This document shows, piece after piece, positions 17,386 through 27,576 of a DNA stretch of 40,853 nucleotides; the stretch's first letter is position 1; every line of letters starts with the position of its first letter. Origin of the DNA: a virus. Its lineage: Duplodnaviria > Caudoviricetes. The stretch covers positions 1-40,853 of IMG/VR virus record IMGVR_UViG_3300048850_000030. One strand, given 5' to 3'. Under the pieces are notes generated by a model. The model was not told where the DNA came from. It worked only from the letters and a program-made list of their open reading frames with translations, and searched no databases. A program made the translations under genes and the position numbers.

Positions 17386-18894
17386 GTGTCCGACCCGCTG
17401 CCCCGCGTCCCGCTGGCGCCCTACGCGCCGGACGTGGCGTCAATTGACGCGGCTGTCACATCGGTGGCGCAGAACGTCGTGCCCCGCGCCGATGGCTACG
17501 CGCCGCTGTCTGGCCCCGAAGCAATCACAGACGCGCTGCCAGACGTGTGCCGCGGGGCCGTTACGGTGACGAGCCCGCTCTTCGGCGTCCCGATCTTCTT
17601 CGCCGGCACCGGCTCGCGGCTGTACCGCTCAAACGGGGTTGGCGGTTGGACGGACGTCTCAAACCCGGCGCAAACCTACGGCATGCCGGCAGATGATAGC
17701 TGGTCGTTCACTCTGTACGGCTCGCTGCTGGTCGCGGTGCATCTCGGCGCCCCTCCGCAGGTCATCGACGTAGATAGCGGCGGGGCCTTTCGCGACCTCG
17801 GCAAGGATAGCGGCTTCCCGCCGCCGCGCGCCCGCCACGTTGCTGTCGTCCGGGAGTATGTCGTCCTCGGCGGCCTCGCCTCAGATCGCAACGCGGTGCA
17901 GTGGTCCGACATCGGCAACCCTGAGGCGTGGCCCCTCGGTGAGCAGAACGGCCACGACGGCGACATTCAGATTTTCCCCGACGGCGGGGCCGTCATCGCG
18001 GTTGTCGGTGGCGAGTTTGGCCTTGTCCTGCAGGAGCGGGCTGTGCGTCGCCTGGATGTATCCGGTGGCGCTGGCGTGCTGTCGTTCTCGCTCTTGGAGG
18101 AGAACCGCGGCGCCGTCTCACCCACGGCGGTCGTGCGCGCCGGCCCGCGCGTGTTCTTCGTGGACCGTGACGGCTTCCATGCGTTTCCCTACGCCGGCAG
18201 CGCGTCCACGCCGATCGGCGCCGAGCGGGTCAACCGCTTCTTTTTGAGCCGGATTGACCCCAACCGCATCGGTGCCACGGTCGCAATCCGCGATGCCACA
18301 GGCCCGCGCATCCTGTTTGCCTACCGGCTGAAGGGCGCTCCGGCCTCCGATCCGAGCCTGCTCGGCGAGGCCCTGCTCTACGACTGGCTGCTCGACCGCT
18401 GGACAGGCCCAATCACGGTGACGCTGCGGGCCGGGTTGGCAGCCGCTACCCCGGCCGTCTCGATCGACGCGATTGCCGGCTCTGTTGATGACCCGAGCCA
18501 GCTTTCATTTGATGACCCGAGCTATGCGGGCGGCGTTCCGGCGCTGGGCTTCATCACTGCCGACAACCGCCTCGCTCTGCTGACTGGACCGCCGTTGGAA
18601 GCCGTGATTGAGACGGCGGACATCATGCCGTTCCGCCCCGATCGCGGGTTCGTCCGTGGCATCCGGCTCGACACGGACGCCGACGATTGGCGCGTGGCGG
18701 TCGGCGGGCGTGAGACGCTGAAGGTCTCCGATCCCATCGTCTATAAGCCTGAGACAGCGCCGACCGTGGAACGTTTTGCTCCCTGCCGGGTGTCGGCGCG
18801 CGTCCATCGTGCCCGCATTCGCATGCCGGCGGGAACGGCTTGGACTTATGCGTCTGGCATTGAGCCTGATGCGACGCGCGAGGGCAAGCGATGA
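17386..18894 (+). CDS. Tail nozzle / DNA stabilisation protein (beta-propeller-like)
   Basis: 502 aa, beta-rich, VQWSDIGNPEAW, FFVDRDGF; follows the adaptors. Confidence 0.75.
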   Translation: MSDPLPRVPLAPYAPDVASIDAAVTSVAQNVVPRADGYAPLSGPEAITDALPDVCRGAVTVTSPLFGVPIFFAGTGSRLYRSNGVGGWTDVSNPAQTYGMPADDSWSFTLYGSLLVAVHLGAPPQVIDVDSGGAFRDLGKDSGFPPPRARHVAVVREYVVLGGLASDRNAVQWSDIGNPEAWPLGEQNGHDGDIQIFPDGGAVIAVVGGEFGLVLQERAVRRLDVSGGAGVLSFSLLEENRGAVSPTAVVRAGPRVFFVDRDGFHAFPYAGSASTPIGAERVNRFFLSRIDPNRIGATVAIRDATGPRILFAYRLKGAPASDPSLLGEALLYDWLLDRWTGPITVTLRAGLAAATPAVSIDAIAGSVDDPSQLSFDDPSYAGGVPALGFITADNRLALLTGPPLEAVIETADIMPFRPDRGFVRGIRLDTDADDWRVAVGGRETLKVSDPIVYKPETAPTVERFAPCRVSARVHRARIRMPAGTAWTYASGIEPDATREGKR

Positions 18895-19187
18895 ACCTTG
18901 CTGGCCTCGAAACGCTCACCCCGCGCATCGCCGCCATCGTCCGTCAGCTGTCGGAAGGGGGGACTAATGCGCTGTCGGCCGCCGATGCGGAACTCGGCAC
19001 AGGCACTGAGACCCTAGTTGACGCCCGGCTGTGCGAGCCTCGGGCACTGGTGACGTTCTCGCCACTTGATGCCGGCGCCGCCGCAGCCGAAATTTTCCTG
19101 CAGCAGACGGAGCGCGGCTTCTTTGTGCTCGGCCACGTTGCCGGGGGCGAAGGTCGGCGTATCCGCTACGAGATCCGCAAGCGCTGA
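18891..19187 (+). CDS. Small tail-region protein
   Basis: Coupled ORF in the tail operon. Confidence 0.7.
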   Translation: MNLAGLETLTPRIAAIVRQLSEGGTNALSAADAELGTGTETLVDARLCEPRALVTFSPLDAGAAAAEIFLQQTERGFFVLGHVAGGEGRRIRYEIRKR

Positions 19188-19702
19188 TGAAACTGACCAT
19201 CTGCGATCTCAATTCTGCCGTTCCTGCTGCGGCCGAGTTCGAGGCCCGGCGGCGCAGTCTTGGTGCTGTAAGCGGCCATATCGGCAACCTGCTAACGCTT
19301 CAGGCCGACGCTGCCGTCTCGCCCGCCAACAGCTTCGGTATGATGGATGGCGGCATTGACCTCGCCTATTCTAATAAATGGGGCTGGGGCGTGCAGGCGG
19401 CCTTACAAGCGATGATTTCGGCTCGCCCGATGGGCGAACTGCTCGTTGGCGAGGCTTTAATCGTCCCGACTGGCGACGAGGGCATTCGGTTTTGCATCTC
19501 GGCGCCGACCATGCGCCTGCCGGCTCCGATCCATGATCCGGTTGATGTCTTTCTAGCCAGTAAAGCCGCGTTCTTGGCTGCTCGAACCGCGGGGTTCGAA
19601 CGCTTGCTCATGCCCGGCATGGGGACACTGACCGGGCGCGTGCCGCCCGCCCTGGCCGCCAATCTGATGCTCAATGCCTATCAGGCTGTGTTCCGCCTCT
19701 GA
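19187..19702 (+). CDS. Macrodomain (ADP-ribose / Appr-1''-p processing) protein
   Basis: ADAAVSPANSFGMMDGGID, ISAPTMR, MPGMGTLTG. Confidence 0.9.
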   Translation: MKLTICDLNSAVPAAAEFEARRRSLGAVSGHIGNLLTLQADAAVSPANSFGMMDGGIDLAYSNKWGWGVQAALQAMISARPMGELLVGEALIVPTGDEGIRFCISAPTMRLPAPIHDPVDVFLASKAAFLAARTAGFERLLMPGMGTLTGRVPPALAANLMLNAYQAVFRL

Positions 19703-20133
19703 TGCGCCTTCTCCCCGTCCAGCCCGCCCAGATCCAGCGGGTCTGGCCTCGTGTCGCCCCGTGGCTTGCCGCTGCTGAGCGACGCGCCGGCTGTGACATG
19801 AGCGCTGACGATCTGCGCACGATCTGCGCCCGCGAGGAAGGTCAACTTATCGTCGTCCTCGACCATCTCGGCCGCTCCGTTGCGGCGGGCGTCACCCAGG
19901 TCCGTGATTACGAGGACGGCGAACGATCCTGTTGGGTTCTGCGCCTCGGCGGACGCTCCGAAGGCGTCGCGTGGCCCGATGTGATCGCCGAGGTTGAGTC
20001 CGGCGCCTCGCGGCTCGGATGCCACGCCGTCGAGTTCGTCGGCCGCAAGGCATGGGGCCGCTTCTTTCCCGACTATGCCGCGACGCCTGACGCCGCTGGC
20101 TTCCATTTCCGCAAACCCTTGAGGGCGGCCTAA
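19702..20133 (+). CDS. GNAT-like podophage protein preceding ejection genes
   Basis: VWPRVAPWL..LGCHAVEFVGRKAWGR; position. Confidence 0.65.
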   Translation: MRLLPVQPAQIQRVWPRVAPWLAAAERRAGCDMSADDLRTICAREEGQLIVVLDHLGRSVAAGVTQVRDYEDGERSCWVLRLGGRSEGVAWPDVIAEVESGASRLGCHAVEFVGRKAWGRFFPDYAATPDAAGFHFRKPLRAA

Positions 20134-20134
20134 G

Positions 20135-21421
20135 ATGAACGGCGGCACCAAGACGCAGACAACCAACGAGACGCAGACGCGCTCACCCTACGCGCCTGCG
20201 ATCCCGGCTCTGCAGACCATCATCGACGGCGGCTTGGCTGCCTACAATTCCGGCGTGGGCTCTCAGGTCTATCAAGGCGATCGCACGGCGGGGCTCGGCA
20301 GCACGACCCGCAGCGGGCTCGACTATATCACGCAGAACGCCAACGGTGGCCTTGGTGCGGCGCAGGGGGCGGATGCCTACGTCGGCGGCCTGCTGGCCAA
20401 CGGCGGGGCTACAGGAGACACGCAGAGCGCCGTCAACGGCATTCTCGGCGTGCAGGGCGTCGATACCTCTGGCGTAGCCGGCGCGGCCTCCCGCCTCTCT
20501 GATCCGAACAACGCCGCCTCTGCCGCTGGTCGGGCGCTGACCGGCGGGCAGTACAATCTTGATGCCTCCGGCTACGAGCGCCTGAACGCTGGGCTCGCGG
20601 GGCCGTCTCAGACGCAGCGCTCACTTCAGGATGTGGCGGACGGGAAGTACCTCGGCGGCGCGAACCCCTATCTGGACGACATCATTTCGCGGTCGAGCAA
20701 CGATGCGGCCACGAAGGTGGCGCAGCAGTTCTCCTCGTCTGGCCGCTACGGCTCGGGCCGCTTTGCCGGAGCTACCGCCGATGCGGTCGCTGGGATTGGC
20801 ACGCAGGCTCGGTATCAGGACTACGAGAATGAACGTCAGCGTCAGGCGCAGGCCGCGCAGGCGATCGACAGCGGCTTGCTGGCTCGCACGGGTGCAAGTG
20901 CAGGTCTGCTCGGCCAGATCAACGACACCCGCACGGGCAACGCCAACCAGCTTGTGACTGGGGCCAACCTATCGTCCCAAGCGGCTCAGCAGGGCCTAGC
21001 CGGAGAGCAGGCTCTCGCGGGCCTGCGGCAGGCCAACAACGCGCAGACACTCGCGCAGTACGGCTCGGCGCTCTCGGCGGGGCAGGCAGATCGCGCTGCG
21101 GCTATGGCCGGCGTTGGAGCCGTGCCGGGTGTTCAGAGTGCCTTGCTGCAGCCGGGCAAGACGCTGCTCGGCGTCGGCCAGACCGAGGACGCGTCTCGCC
21201 AGCTCGACCTCGCCGCGCTGCAGGACGTGTTCAACGAGCAGCAGCAATCGCCGTGGAAGCAACTCGGCTTGCTGGCTGAACTCGGCATCCCCGTTGCGGG
21301 CACGGGCGGCACTTCGACCGGCACGACGCAGCAGAAAATCCCGACGCCGAGCCTGTTCCAATCGCTGCTAGGCATCGGCCTAGCTGGTGCTGACGTAGCC
21401 TCGAAATTCTACGGGAAGTAA
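20135..21421 (+). CDS. Internal virion / ejection protein
   Basis: GGTKTQTT N-terminus, ANPYLDD, SSGRYGSG; G/A/Q-rich. Confidence 0.75.
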   Translation: MNGGTKTQTTNETQTRSPYAPAIPALQTIIDGGLAAYNSGVGSQVYQGDRTAGLGSTTRSGLDYITQNANGGLGAAQGADAYVGGLLANGGATGDTQSAVNGILGVQGVDTSGVAGAASRLSDPNNAASAAGRALTGGQYNLDASGYERLNAGLAGPSQTQRSLQDVADGKYLGGANPYLDDIISRSSNDAATKVAQQFSSSGRYGSGRFAGATADAVAGIGTQARYQDYENERQRQAQAAQAIDSGLLARTGASAGLLGQINDTRTGNANQLVTGANLSSQAAQQGLAGEQALAGLRQANNAQTLAQYGSALSAGQADRAAAMAGVGAVPGVQSALLQPGKTLLGVGQTEDASRQLDLAALQDVFNEQQQSPWKQLGLLAELGIPVAGTGGTSTGTTQQKIPTPSLFQSLLGIGLAGADVASKFYGK

Positions 21422-21424
21422 GCC

Positions 21425-22933
21425 GTGACCGCATCGCCCTTCGGGTTCGGCGCTCCCCAGATGCGCCCGGAAGACCTTGCCCGCCTCTTCCAGGCGATGC
21501 CGCTCGGCGCACCGCAAGGCTTCGTGCCGCCCGCGGATACCGTTCTGCCGGAACAAGCCGTGCAGGCCGCGCCGCAGCGTCGCCCGCTGTCGTTTGGCGG
21601 CCCGCAAAGGGCTCAAGCACCTGCTGGCAGCGTTCGAGTGCCTTTGCCGCCCACTCGCCCGCCAGAGTTCGACACCGTGGCGCAGGCTGATTTGCCCGCG
21701 CCGGGTGCGCAGGCGATTATGTCTGCCGCCCAGACTGAACCTCCGGCCGCAGAGGGCCCGTCCTTCCTTGATCGCGTCATGGGCGGCATCAGGTCGAGTG
21801 ACGGACTTCTGACATCTATCGCCACCGGTCTGCTGACGACGCCCGGCTTCGGCCAGGGGATTGGCGCTGGGCTTCAGGCCCATCAGCAGGGCGAGGGGCG
21901 CCGAGCTGCGTCGCGGCTCGCTCAAGCGGAGTACGGCCTGAAAGCCAACAAGCTCGCCCGAGAGCAAAACGCCGAGAACCAGACGGCGAAGTTCATCCAG
22001 TCCAAGATCCCTGGCATGACGAGCGAGCAGGCGACTGCGCTTGCCGGCAACACGTCCTTCGTGAACGAGATCCTGAAGGGCGTCGTGCCCCCGCAGGAGG
22101 TCTACCGTCAGCACACGGATGACAAGGGCAACGTCTGGAACGAGAACACGAGGACCGGTCAGCAGACGGTTGCGCTTCAGGCGAAAGACGCCACGGGCAG
22201 CGACGAGGGCGCCAAGATCCGGGCACAGATTGAGGCTCGCCGAGCCGAAGCGGCCAGCCTCGGGCTTGTGGAAGGTTCGCCGGAATGGCGGTCCTGGGTT
22301 GGTACGGGCAAGGTCGGCCGAGAGAACGACATCCCGGCGGCAGACCGCAAGGTGATCCACGAGTCCGAGGACGCGATCCCGCAGATTGACTCCACGCTCG
22401 ACACCCTCAAGAGGGCGCGGGAACTGAACCGCAAGACATTCACGGGCGTGGGCTCCGCAGCCCGCGGCTGGCTCGGGACGGCTCTTCCTGATGCGGCAGT
22501 GCCTGATTGGGTTGCTGATCCGAAGGCAGCGGAAGCAACCCGCGAATTCGGGCAGATCATGTCCATGGAGGCCATCAAGTCGATGTCGGAGACCCTTAAG
22601 GGTGCGACGACCGATCGCGAGATGGCGCGTTTCACCGAGATCCTGGGCGACCCGACCACGCCACCCGATATCCGCGAGCGCACCATCGACCGCATGATTG
22701 ATATGGCGCAGAAGCAGCAGGCAAAGGCGCAGTCCCGCATCTCCGAGATGCGGGAGGGCACCTACTACAAGCGGGGCGGTGGCGCCGGCCAAGCCCCCGC
22801 TGCCCCGCAGCAGACGCAGACACCCGCCCGCGACCCGCTATCGTCGGCTCGCGACGCCATCGCGAAGGGTGCTCCGCGTGAGGCTGTGATCAGCCGACTT
22901 CGCGCCTCCGGCATTGATCCTGCGGGGCTCTGA
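21425..22933 (+). CDS. Internal virion / ejection protein
   Basis: Pro-rich N-terminus, LKGATTDRE, C-terminal ARDAIAKGAPREAVISRL; position. Confidence 0.7.
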   Translation: MTASPFGFGAPQMRPEDLARLFQAMPLGAPQGFVPPADTVLPEQAVQAAPQRRPLSFGGPQRAQAPAGSVRVPLPPTRPPEFDTVAQADLPAPGAQAIMSAAQTEPPAAEGPSFLDRVMGGIRSSDGLLTSIATGLLTTPGFGQGIGAGLQAHQQGEGRRAASRLAQAEYGLKANKLAREQNAENQTAKFIQSKIPGMTSEQATALAGNTSFVNEILKGVVPPQEVYRQHTDDKGNVWNENTRTGQQTVALQAKDATGSDEGAKIRAQIEARRAEAASLGLVEGSPEWRSWVGTGKVGRENDIPAADRKVIHESEDAIPQIDSTLDTLKRARELNRKTFTGVGSAARGWLGTALPDAAVPDWVADPKAAEATREFGQIMSMEAIKSMSETLKGATTDREMARFTEILGDPTTPPDIRERTIDRMIDMAQKQQAKAQSRISEMREGTYYKRGGGAGQAPAAPQQTQTPARDPLSSARDAIAKGAPREAVISRLRASGIDPAGL

Positions 22934-22936
22934 TCC

Positions 22937-24940
22937 GTGGCAGACATCACCTTTGACGACCTGATCCCGAACACGACCGAGATCGACTTCTCGGACCTCG
23001 TGCCGAAGGCGAAGGCGCCTGCCGCTGATCCGGTTCGGGAGACCGTTCGCCGCGAGCGTGATGCCGAGCGCGCCAAAGGTGTGCCCGAATTGAGCCCGGC
23101 CGCTCGCGTGGCGGCGCAAGGCATCACTTTCGGTCTCGCAGATGAAGCCCGCGCTATCGCTGGCACCCCAGCGCAGATGTGGCGCCGTGGGACGCTCAAC
23201 CCGTTCACCGCCTACGACTACGCGAAGGCTCGCGAGGATCTTGACCTTGAAGATGCCCGTGGAGCGGCTGGTGGGCTCGGAACGGCGGCAGAGGTCATCG
23301 GCGGCGTTCGGACGGGGCAGGCGCTCTACAACGCTGGCCTTACATTCGGCCCGCGGATTGCCTCACGCTTGGGCTCAGGCTTGCTCGGCACGGCAGCTGG
23401 AGCCGCAGCAGACGGTGTGGCCTATGGTGCTCTCGCGGGCGCGGCAGAGGGTAATGGAACTGAGCGATTTGGGAATGCGCTTGCTGGTGGTGCGCTAGGT
23501 GCGGGCATCGGAGCGGGCGTTCCTACGGTAACAGCTGCCGCGGGGCTGCTCACCGCTCCGGCCATCTCCAACATCACGGCCCGCATCAATCCGAGCCGCT
23601 ACGCTGATCGCCAATTACTGCAGGCCGCCACTGAAAGCGGGCAGACCCCGGCGCAGGTTGCGGATCGCGTCGGCGCCGCCGTGGCGGACGGGCAAACGGA
23701 ATACCGGCTGCTCGACGCTCTCGACAATGCGGGGCGGCGTAAGGCGGCTGTCGTCGCCAAGAACCCCGGCGAGGGCCGTCAGCAGCTCGTGGAGTTCCTT
23801 GACCAGCGGCAGGCAGGGCAGGGCGGGCGTGTTGCTCAAGCCGTTGAGGAGGGGCTAGGCGCTGCCGAGACCGCGCAGGCTGCCACTACTCGGATGAGTG
23901 CAGCACGTCGCGCACAAGACAACGAGGCGTTCGGCGCCGTCCGCAATGACGCTGGGCACGTCAACGTCCGCCCCGCCCTGGATCGTATCAATTCTGTGCT
24001 GCAGCCCGGTGAAATGGGCCGTCTCAATGAGGGAACCGGCATCGCCTACGACAGCGTTGAGGCTGCACTTGCCCGCGCCCGCGCTCTGCTTACCGATGGA
24101 CGCAGCCAAACGATTGGGTTTGAGCAAGTACAACGTGCTCGTGGCGACATCGCCGATGCGGTTGAGGTTGCACGTCGAGCCGGTGCCGGTAACAAGGCTC
24201 GCCTGCTGCGCGGTGTGCGTGACGATCTCGATACGGCTTTGCAGGGGGCGTCTCCTGGCTTCCGCGAAGCGATGCAGAACTCTGCGGCGCGAGCGCGTGA
24301 GGTTGAGGCGATCGACGTCGGCGGGCTTGCCGCGCGGCGAGGACGCACCGAGGACAAGATCGCGGCTTTTGGTGGCCTGACGCCGGAAGAGCAGGCCGGC
24401 TTCCGCGTCGGTTACGCTGATCCGCTCATCACGCGCGCTCAGGCATCGCCGATGAATACGGACGCCGCGCGCCCGCTGACGTCACTCGCCGCCCGTACCG
24501 AGCTTCCCGCATTCGCAGTGCCGGGCCAGGGCGACCAGATGATGCGTAGGCTCGGACGCGAGAGCGAGATGTTCCGCAATCGCGCTGCGGCTACAGGCGG
24601 CTCAACGACCGCTGAGAACTTGGCCGACAACGCCGCCACAGGCGTGGACACGGCGATCATCGGCCGCCTGCTATCTGGCGACTTCCTCGGCGCTGGCCGG
24701 AACGCGCTTCAGCGCGGCGCTGCCTCTGTGTCTGGGAACACCGAAGCGGTTCGCTCGCGCCTTGCGGAGCGGCTTCTCAATGGTAGCCCAGACGAAATCC
24801 GCGACCTTCTGACCCAGCTTGCCGCTCAGGCCGGGCAGCGCAGCGATACAAGCGCCCGTCTACTGCGCGGCGTTTTAGGGGGCGCGGCTCCGGCCGGCGT
24901 CAGAGGCCCGTCAACGAGTGAACCGCGCTTCGCACGATAG
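22937..24940 (+). CDS. Large internal virion / ejection protein
   Basis: FDDLIP repeats, QGITFGLADE, Gly/Ala hydrophobic stretch, GGSTTAE. Confidence 0.75.
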   Translation: MADITFDDLIPNTTEIDFSDLVPKAKAPAADPVRETVRRERDAERAKGVPELSPAARVAAQGITFGLADEARAIAGTPAQMWRRGTLNPFTAYDYAKAREDLDLEDARGAAGGLGTAAEVIGGVRTGQALYNAGLTFGPRIASRLGSGLLGTAAGAAADGVAYGALAGAAEGNGTERFGNALAGGALGAGIGAGVPTVTAAAGLLTAPAISNITARINPSRYADRQLLQAATESGQTPAQVADRVGAAVADGQTEYRLLDALDNAGRRKAAVVAKNPGEGRQQLVEFLDQRQAGQGGRVAQAVEEGLGAAETAQAATTRMSAARRAQDNEAFGAVRNDAGHVNVRPALDRINSVLQPGEMGRLNEGTGIAYDSVEAALARARALLTDGRSQTIGFEQVQRARGDIADAVEVARRAGAGNKARLLRGVRDDLDTALQGASPGFREAMQNSAARAREVEAIDVGGLAARRGRTEDKIAAFGGLTPEEQAGFRVGYADPLITRAQASPMNTDAARPLTSLAARTELPAFAVPGQGDQMMRRLGRESEMFRNRAAATGGSTTAENLADNAATGVDTAIIGRLLSGDFLGAGRNALQRGAASVSGNTEAVRSRLAERLLNGSPDEIRDLLTQLAAQAGQRSDTSARLLRGVLGGAAPAGVRGPSTSEPRFAR

Positions 24941-25115
24941 GTCCAAGGTACTGGCCCGCGAAGTAGTAAATGGCGAAACTTGCGACCAGCCCAATTAAGG
25001 CGAGCAGCCCGCCCGGTGCCATAAAGGGCTCGCGTGAGCCCTTGTCGGGCTTCGGCACGTAGTCCTTCCACGGCTCGGCCTCGATCTGCTCGGGCAGCTT
25101 TTTCGCAGGCTTCAT
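24900..25115 (-). CDS. Small membrane protein (counter-oriented moron)
   Basis: One TM segment; GGAG in the upstream gene end. Confidence 0.6.
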   Translation of the reverse strand: MKPAKKLPEQIEAEPWKDYVPKPDKGSREPFMAPGGLLALIGLVASFAIYYFAGQYLGPIVRSAVHSLTGL

Positions 25116-25119
25116 GATG

Positions 25120-25449
25120 TCACCGTCTCCCAGGTACGGCGGCTGATGTCATGACAGCCTTCCAGTCAGCCTCTAAGCTATTTGCAGCCTCTCGAACATT
25201 CGCATGATGCTCCGGGCTTACGAGCCCGGACAGCACCCGAATGAAGTTCGACTTCTCAGTCTTGCATGAGTACAGCGCTGCTTCTGCTGCGGAGTATTTA
25301 TCAGGGTTGGCCTGGGACTGGGCTTTGAAGGAGCCAAATGCGCAATTGGCCCACCGTTGCCTAGCAACATCGTCGGCATCCTGAGCGGCGGCAGGGAACG
25401 CCAGCAGGGCGAGGGCGAGCCATGGCCCGCAGTGATGAACGACGCGCAT
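25120..25449 (-). CDS. Exported protein (counter-oriented moron)
   Basis: WLALALLAFPAAA|Q signal; two Cys in the mature part; lower GC; start approximate. Confidence 0.65.
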   Translation of the reverse strand: MRVVHHCGPWLALALLAFPAAAQDADDVARQRWANCAFGSFKAQSQANPDKYSAAEAALYSCKTEKSNFIRVLSGLVSPEHHANVREAANSLEADWKAVMTSAAVPGRR

Positions 25450-25483
25450 TCGCGCACCATGCCCATCCTCAGCAGGACTCGCA

Positions 25484-26206
25484 ATGGCTGACGATTTCCG
25501 CTCGGCCCTGATCGCTTCGGCAGGTCGGCTCGGCATCAACCCGGCCGATCTTGCTACGGTGATCTCCTACGAGACCGGCGGCACCTTCTCGCCGTCGATA
25601 CGTGGCGGTGCCGGCAATCGCCATATCGGCTTGATCCAGTTCGGCCCGAACGAGCAGCAGCGGTACGACGCAAGCCAGAAGCAGAGTGGCGTCGAGCAAT
25701 TACCGGCGGTTGAAGCCTATCTAACAGATCGCGGCTTCAAGCCCGGCATGGGCATCCTCGACCTCTACAGCACGATCAACGCGGGGCGCCCCGGTCGATA
25801 CAACGCGAGCGACGCCAACAACGGCGGCGCCCCCGGTACGGTGGCCGATAAGGTCAACAACCAGATGGCGGGGCACCGTGCGAAGGCTGCGGCCTTCCTC
25901 GGCGGCGAGTTCACTCCAACTCTGCCGACAGCATCCGGTGGCTCGGCACAGTCGGGCCGGTTCGGCGTCTCGGGTGTGGAGCCCTCACAAGCCGCCGCGC
26001 CGATGATGGCGACGCCATCCGAGCCGGTTGCCGAGAAACAAACCGACGTGCTCGCCCTGATCGCTCCGCTGTTGCAGCCGGGAATGCAGGCAACCTCGGC
26101 TCAGGCCGCGCAACCTCAACCTGCCCCACGGCAGGCACCGCAGATGGCCCCCGCTGCCCCCGCTGCCTTCGACGCCAACCGCTTCTGGTCTCTGCTGAAG
26201 CGCTGA
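25484..26206 (+). CDS. Virion-associated lytic transglycosylase / lysozyme-like protein
   Basis: LATVISYETGGTFSP (catalytic Glu), GLIQF, DLYSTIN; AGGA RBS. Confidence 0.8.
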   Translation: MADDFRSALIASAGRLGINPADLATVISYETGGTFSPSIRGGAGNRHIGLIQFGPNEQQRYDASQKQSGVEQLPAVEAYLTDRGFKPGMGILDLYSTINAGRPGRYNASDANNGGAPGTVADKVNNQMAGHRAKAAAFLGGEFTPTLPTASGGSAQSGRFGVSGVEPSQAAAPMMATPSEPVAEKQTDVLALIAPLLQPGMQATSAQAAQPQPAPRQAPQMAPAAPAAFDANRFWSLLKR

Positions 26207-26280
26207 TCCCTCCACCCCCGCAATCCGACCGCCCGACAGGCCCTGCCTGCGCGGGCGATGACGGCTGGCCGGAGACGTAG

Positions 26281-27543
26281 ATGACCGGACTGATCGACTT
26301 CTCTGCGAACGCAGCCGAGAACGGCACTGCTGCTCCTCCAATCAATTTTCAGGAGGGCATGCCGGCGAACGCCGTCAACAACTCCAGCCGCGAGATGATG
26401 GCGGCTCTGGCGCGGTGGCGCGCGGACAACGGCGGTACGCTTGGCGTTGCGATAGCAGGGAATGTCGCCAGTCTCACGACGCAGCAGGGCATCAAGGAAA
26501 GCCATTTTGCGGGAGGCTTCAGCGTCTCGTTTGCCACCACGCAGCCGAACACGGGGCCGATGTTCCTCAACATTGATGGGACGGGAGCCAAGCCGTGGCG
26601 CCGACCTCGCGGTTTTGAGTTCGCGCCCGGCGATATTGCGCCTCTGGTAATCCACACAGTGGTGTGGTTCCCCGCTCAAGGCGCCTACATCTCGCTCTCG
26701 CCGAGTTTCGAGGCGCCCGGCAGGTATGGGCATTTCGCTACCGCGGAAAGTGTCCCGCCAGGGTGGGTGGAGTGCGACGGGCGGGCGGTGTCTCGCACAT
26801 CCTACGCTGCCCTGCTCTCGGCGATCGGCTTCGCGTTCGGCGGCGGCGACAACGCCACGACGTTCAATATCCCCGACATCAATGGCCGAGCCATCTATGG
26901 CCGCGACAGCGGCAAGGGGCGACTGACCGGCACGGGCGGGTTGGCCGGGGGGCTCGGCAGCGTCGGCGGGGCGGAAGCCGTTTCGCTGACCGAGGGGCAA
27001 TTGCCGTCACACAGCCACGGCGGGTCAACTGGATCAGCGGGTCTCCACGATCACGGCGGCTCAACGGCGCAGGCCGGCCAGCACAATCACGGCGGCTCAA
27101 CCGGGAACGCTGGCGGTCATAATCACAACGGCACAACCGGCGGCGCAGGCGGACACAGTCACGGCGGCACGACCAGCGTTTCAGGCGCGCATGTTCATAA
27201 TCAGCAATATAACAAACTGGCCATCTATGGAGGCGGCGGCGGTTTGACTGCAGTATCTGAGATGTTCCCCCCGAATGCCGGAAATTCAATTGCAACAAAC
27301 GACAGCGGCGGGGGGCATCAGCACGCGTTCACGACAGATGATGTCGGAGACCATTCCCACAATTTCACCACGAGTGGCGTCGGTGATCACGCACACTCGA
27401 TCAGCGCTGATGGAACGCACTTCCACGCCATAACGGGTGACGGCGCGCACACCCATTCGCTAAGCATCGCCAATACGGGCAGCGGGCAGGCGCATCCGAA
27501 CATGCCGCCCGGCCTTGTCGGCGTCATCGCCATCAAAGCCTGA
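26281..27543 (+). CDS. Tail fibre with collar domain and His-x-His needle repeats
   Basis: PPGWVECDGRAVSRTSYAAL..TTFNIPD collar; about 11 HxH motifs; HPNMPP. Confidence 0.9.
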   Translation: MTGLIDFSANAAENGTAAPPINFQEGMPANAVNNSSREMMAALARWRADNGGTLGVAIAGNVASLTTQQGIKESHFAGGFSVSFATTQPNTGPMFLNIDGTGAKPWRRPRGFEFAPGDIAPLVIHTVVWFPAQGAYISLSPSFEAPGRYGHFATAESVPPGWVECDGRAVSRTSYAALLSAIGFAFGGGDNATTFNIPDINGRAIYGRDSGKGRLTGTGGLAGGLGSVGGAEAVSLTEGQLPSHSHGGSTGSAGLHDHGGSTAQAGQHNHGGSTGNAGGHNHNGTTGGAGGHSHGGTTSVSGAHVHNQQYNKLAIYGGGGGLTAVSEMFPPNAGNSIATNDSGGGHQHAFTTDDVGDHSHNFTTSGVGDHAHSISADGTHFHAITGDGAHTHSLSIANTGSGQAHPNMPPGLVGVIAIKA

Positions 27544-27576
27544 CAGATCCTCTCTCCAAATTACTGGACATCTCAA

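Noticed and set aside
26990-27470. Diversity-generating retroelement or invertible tail-fibre cassette
   Set aside because: No reverse transcriptase, template repeat or invertase in the window; the repeats are coding HxH units
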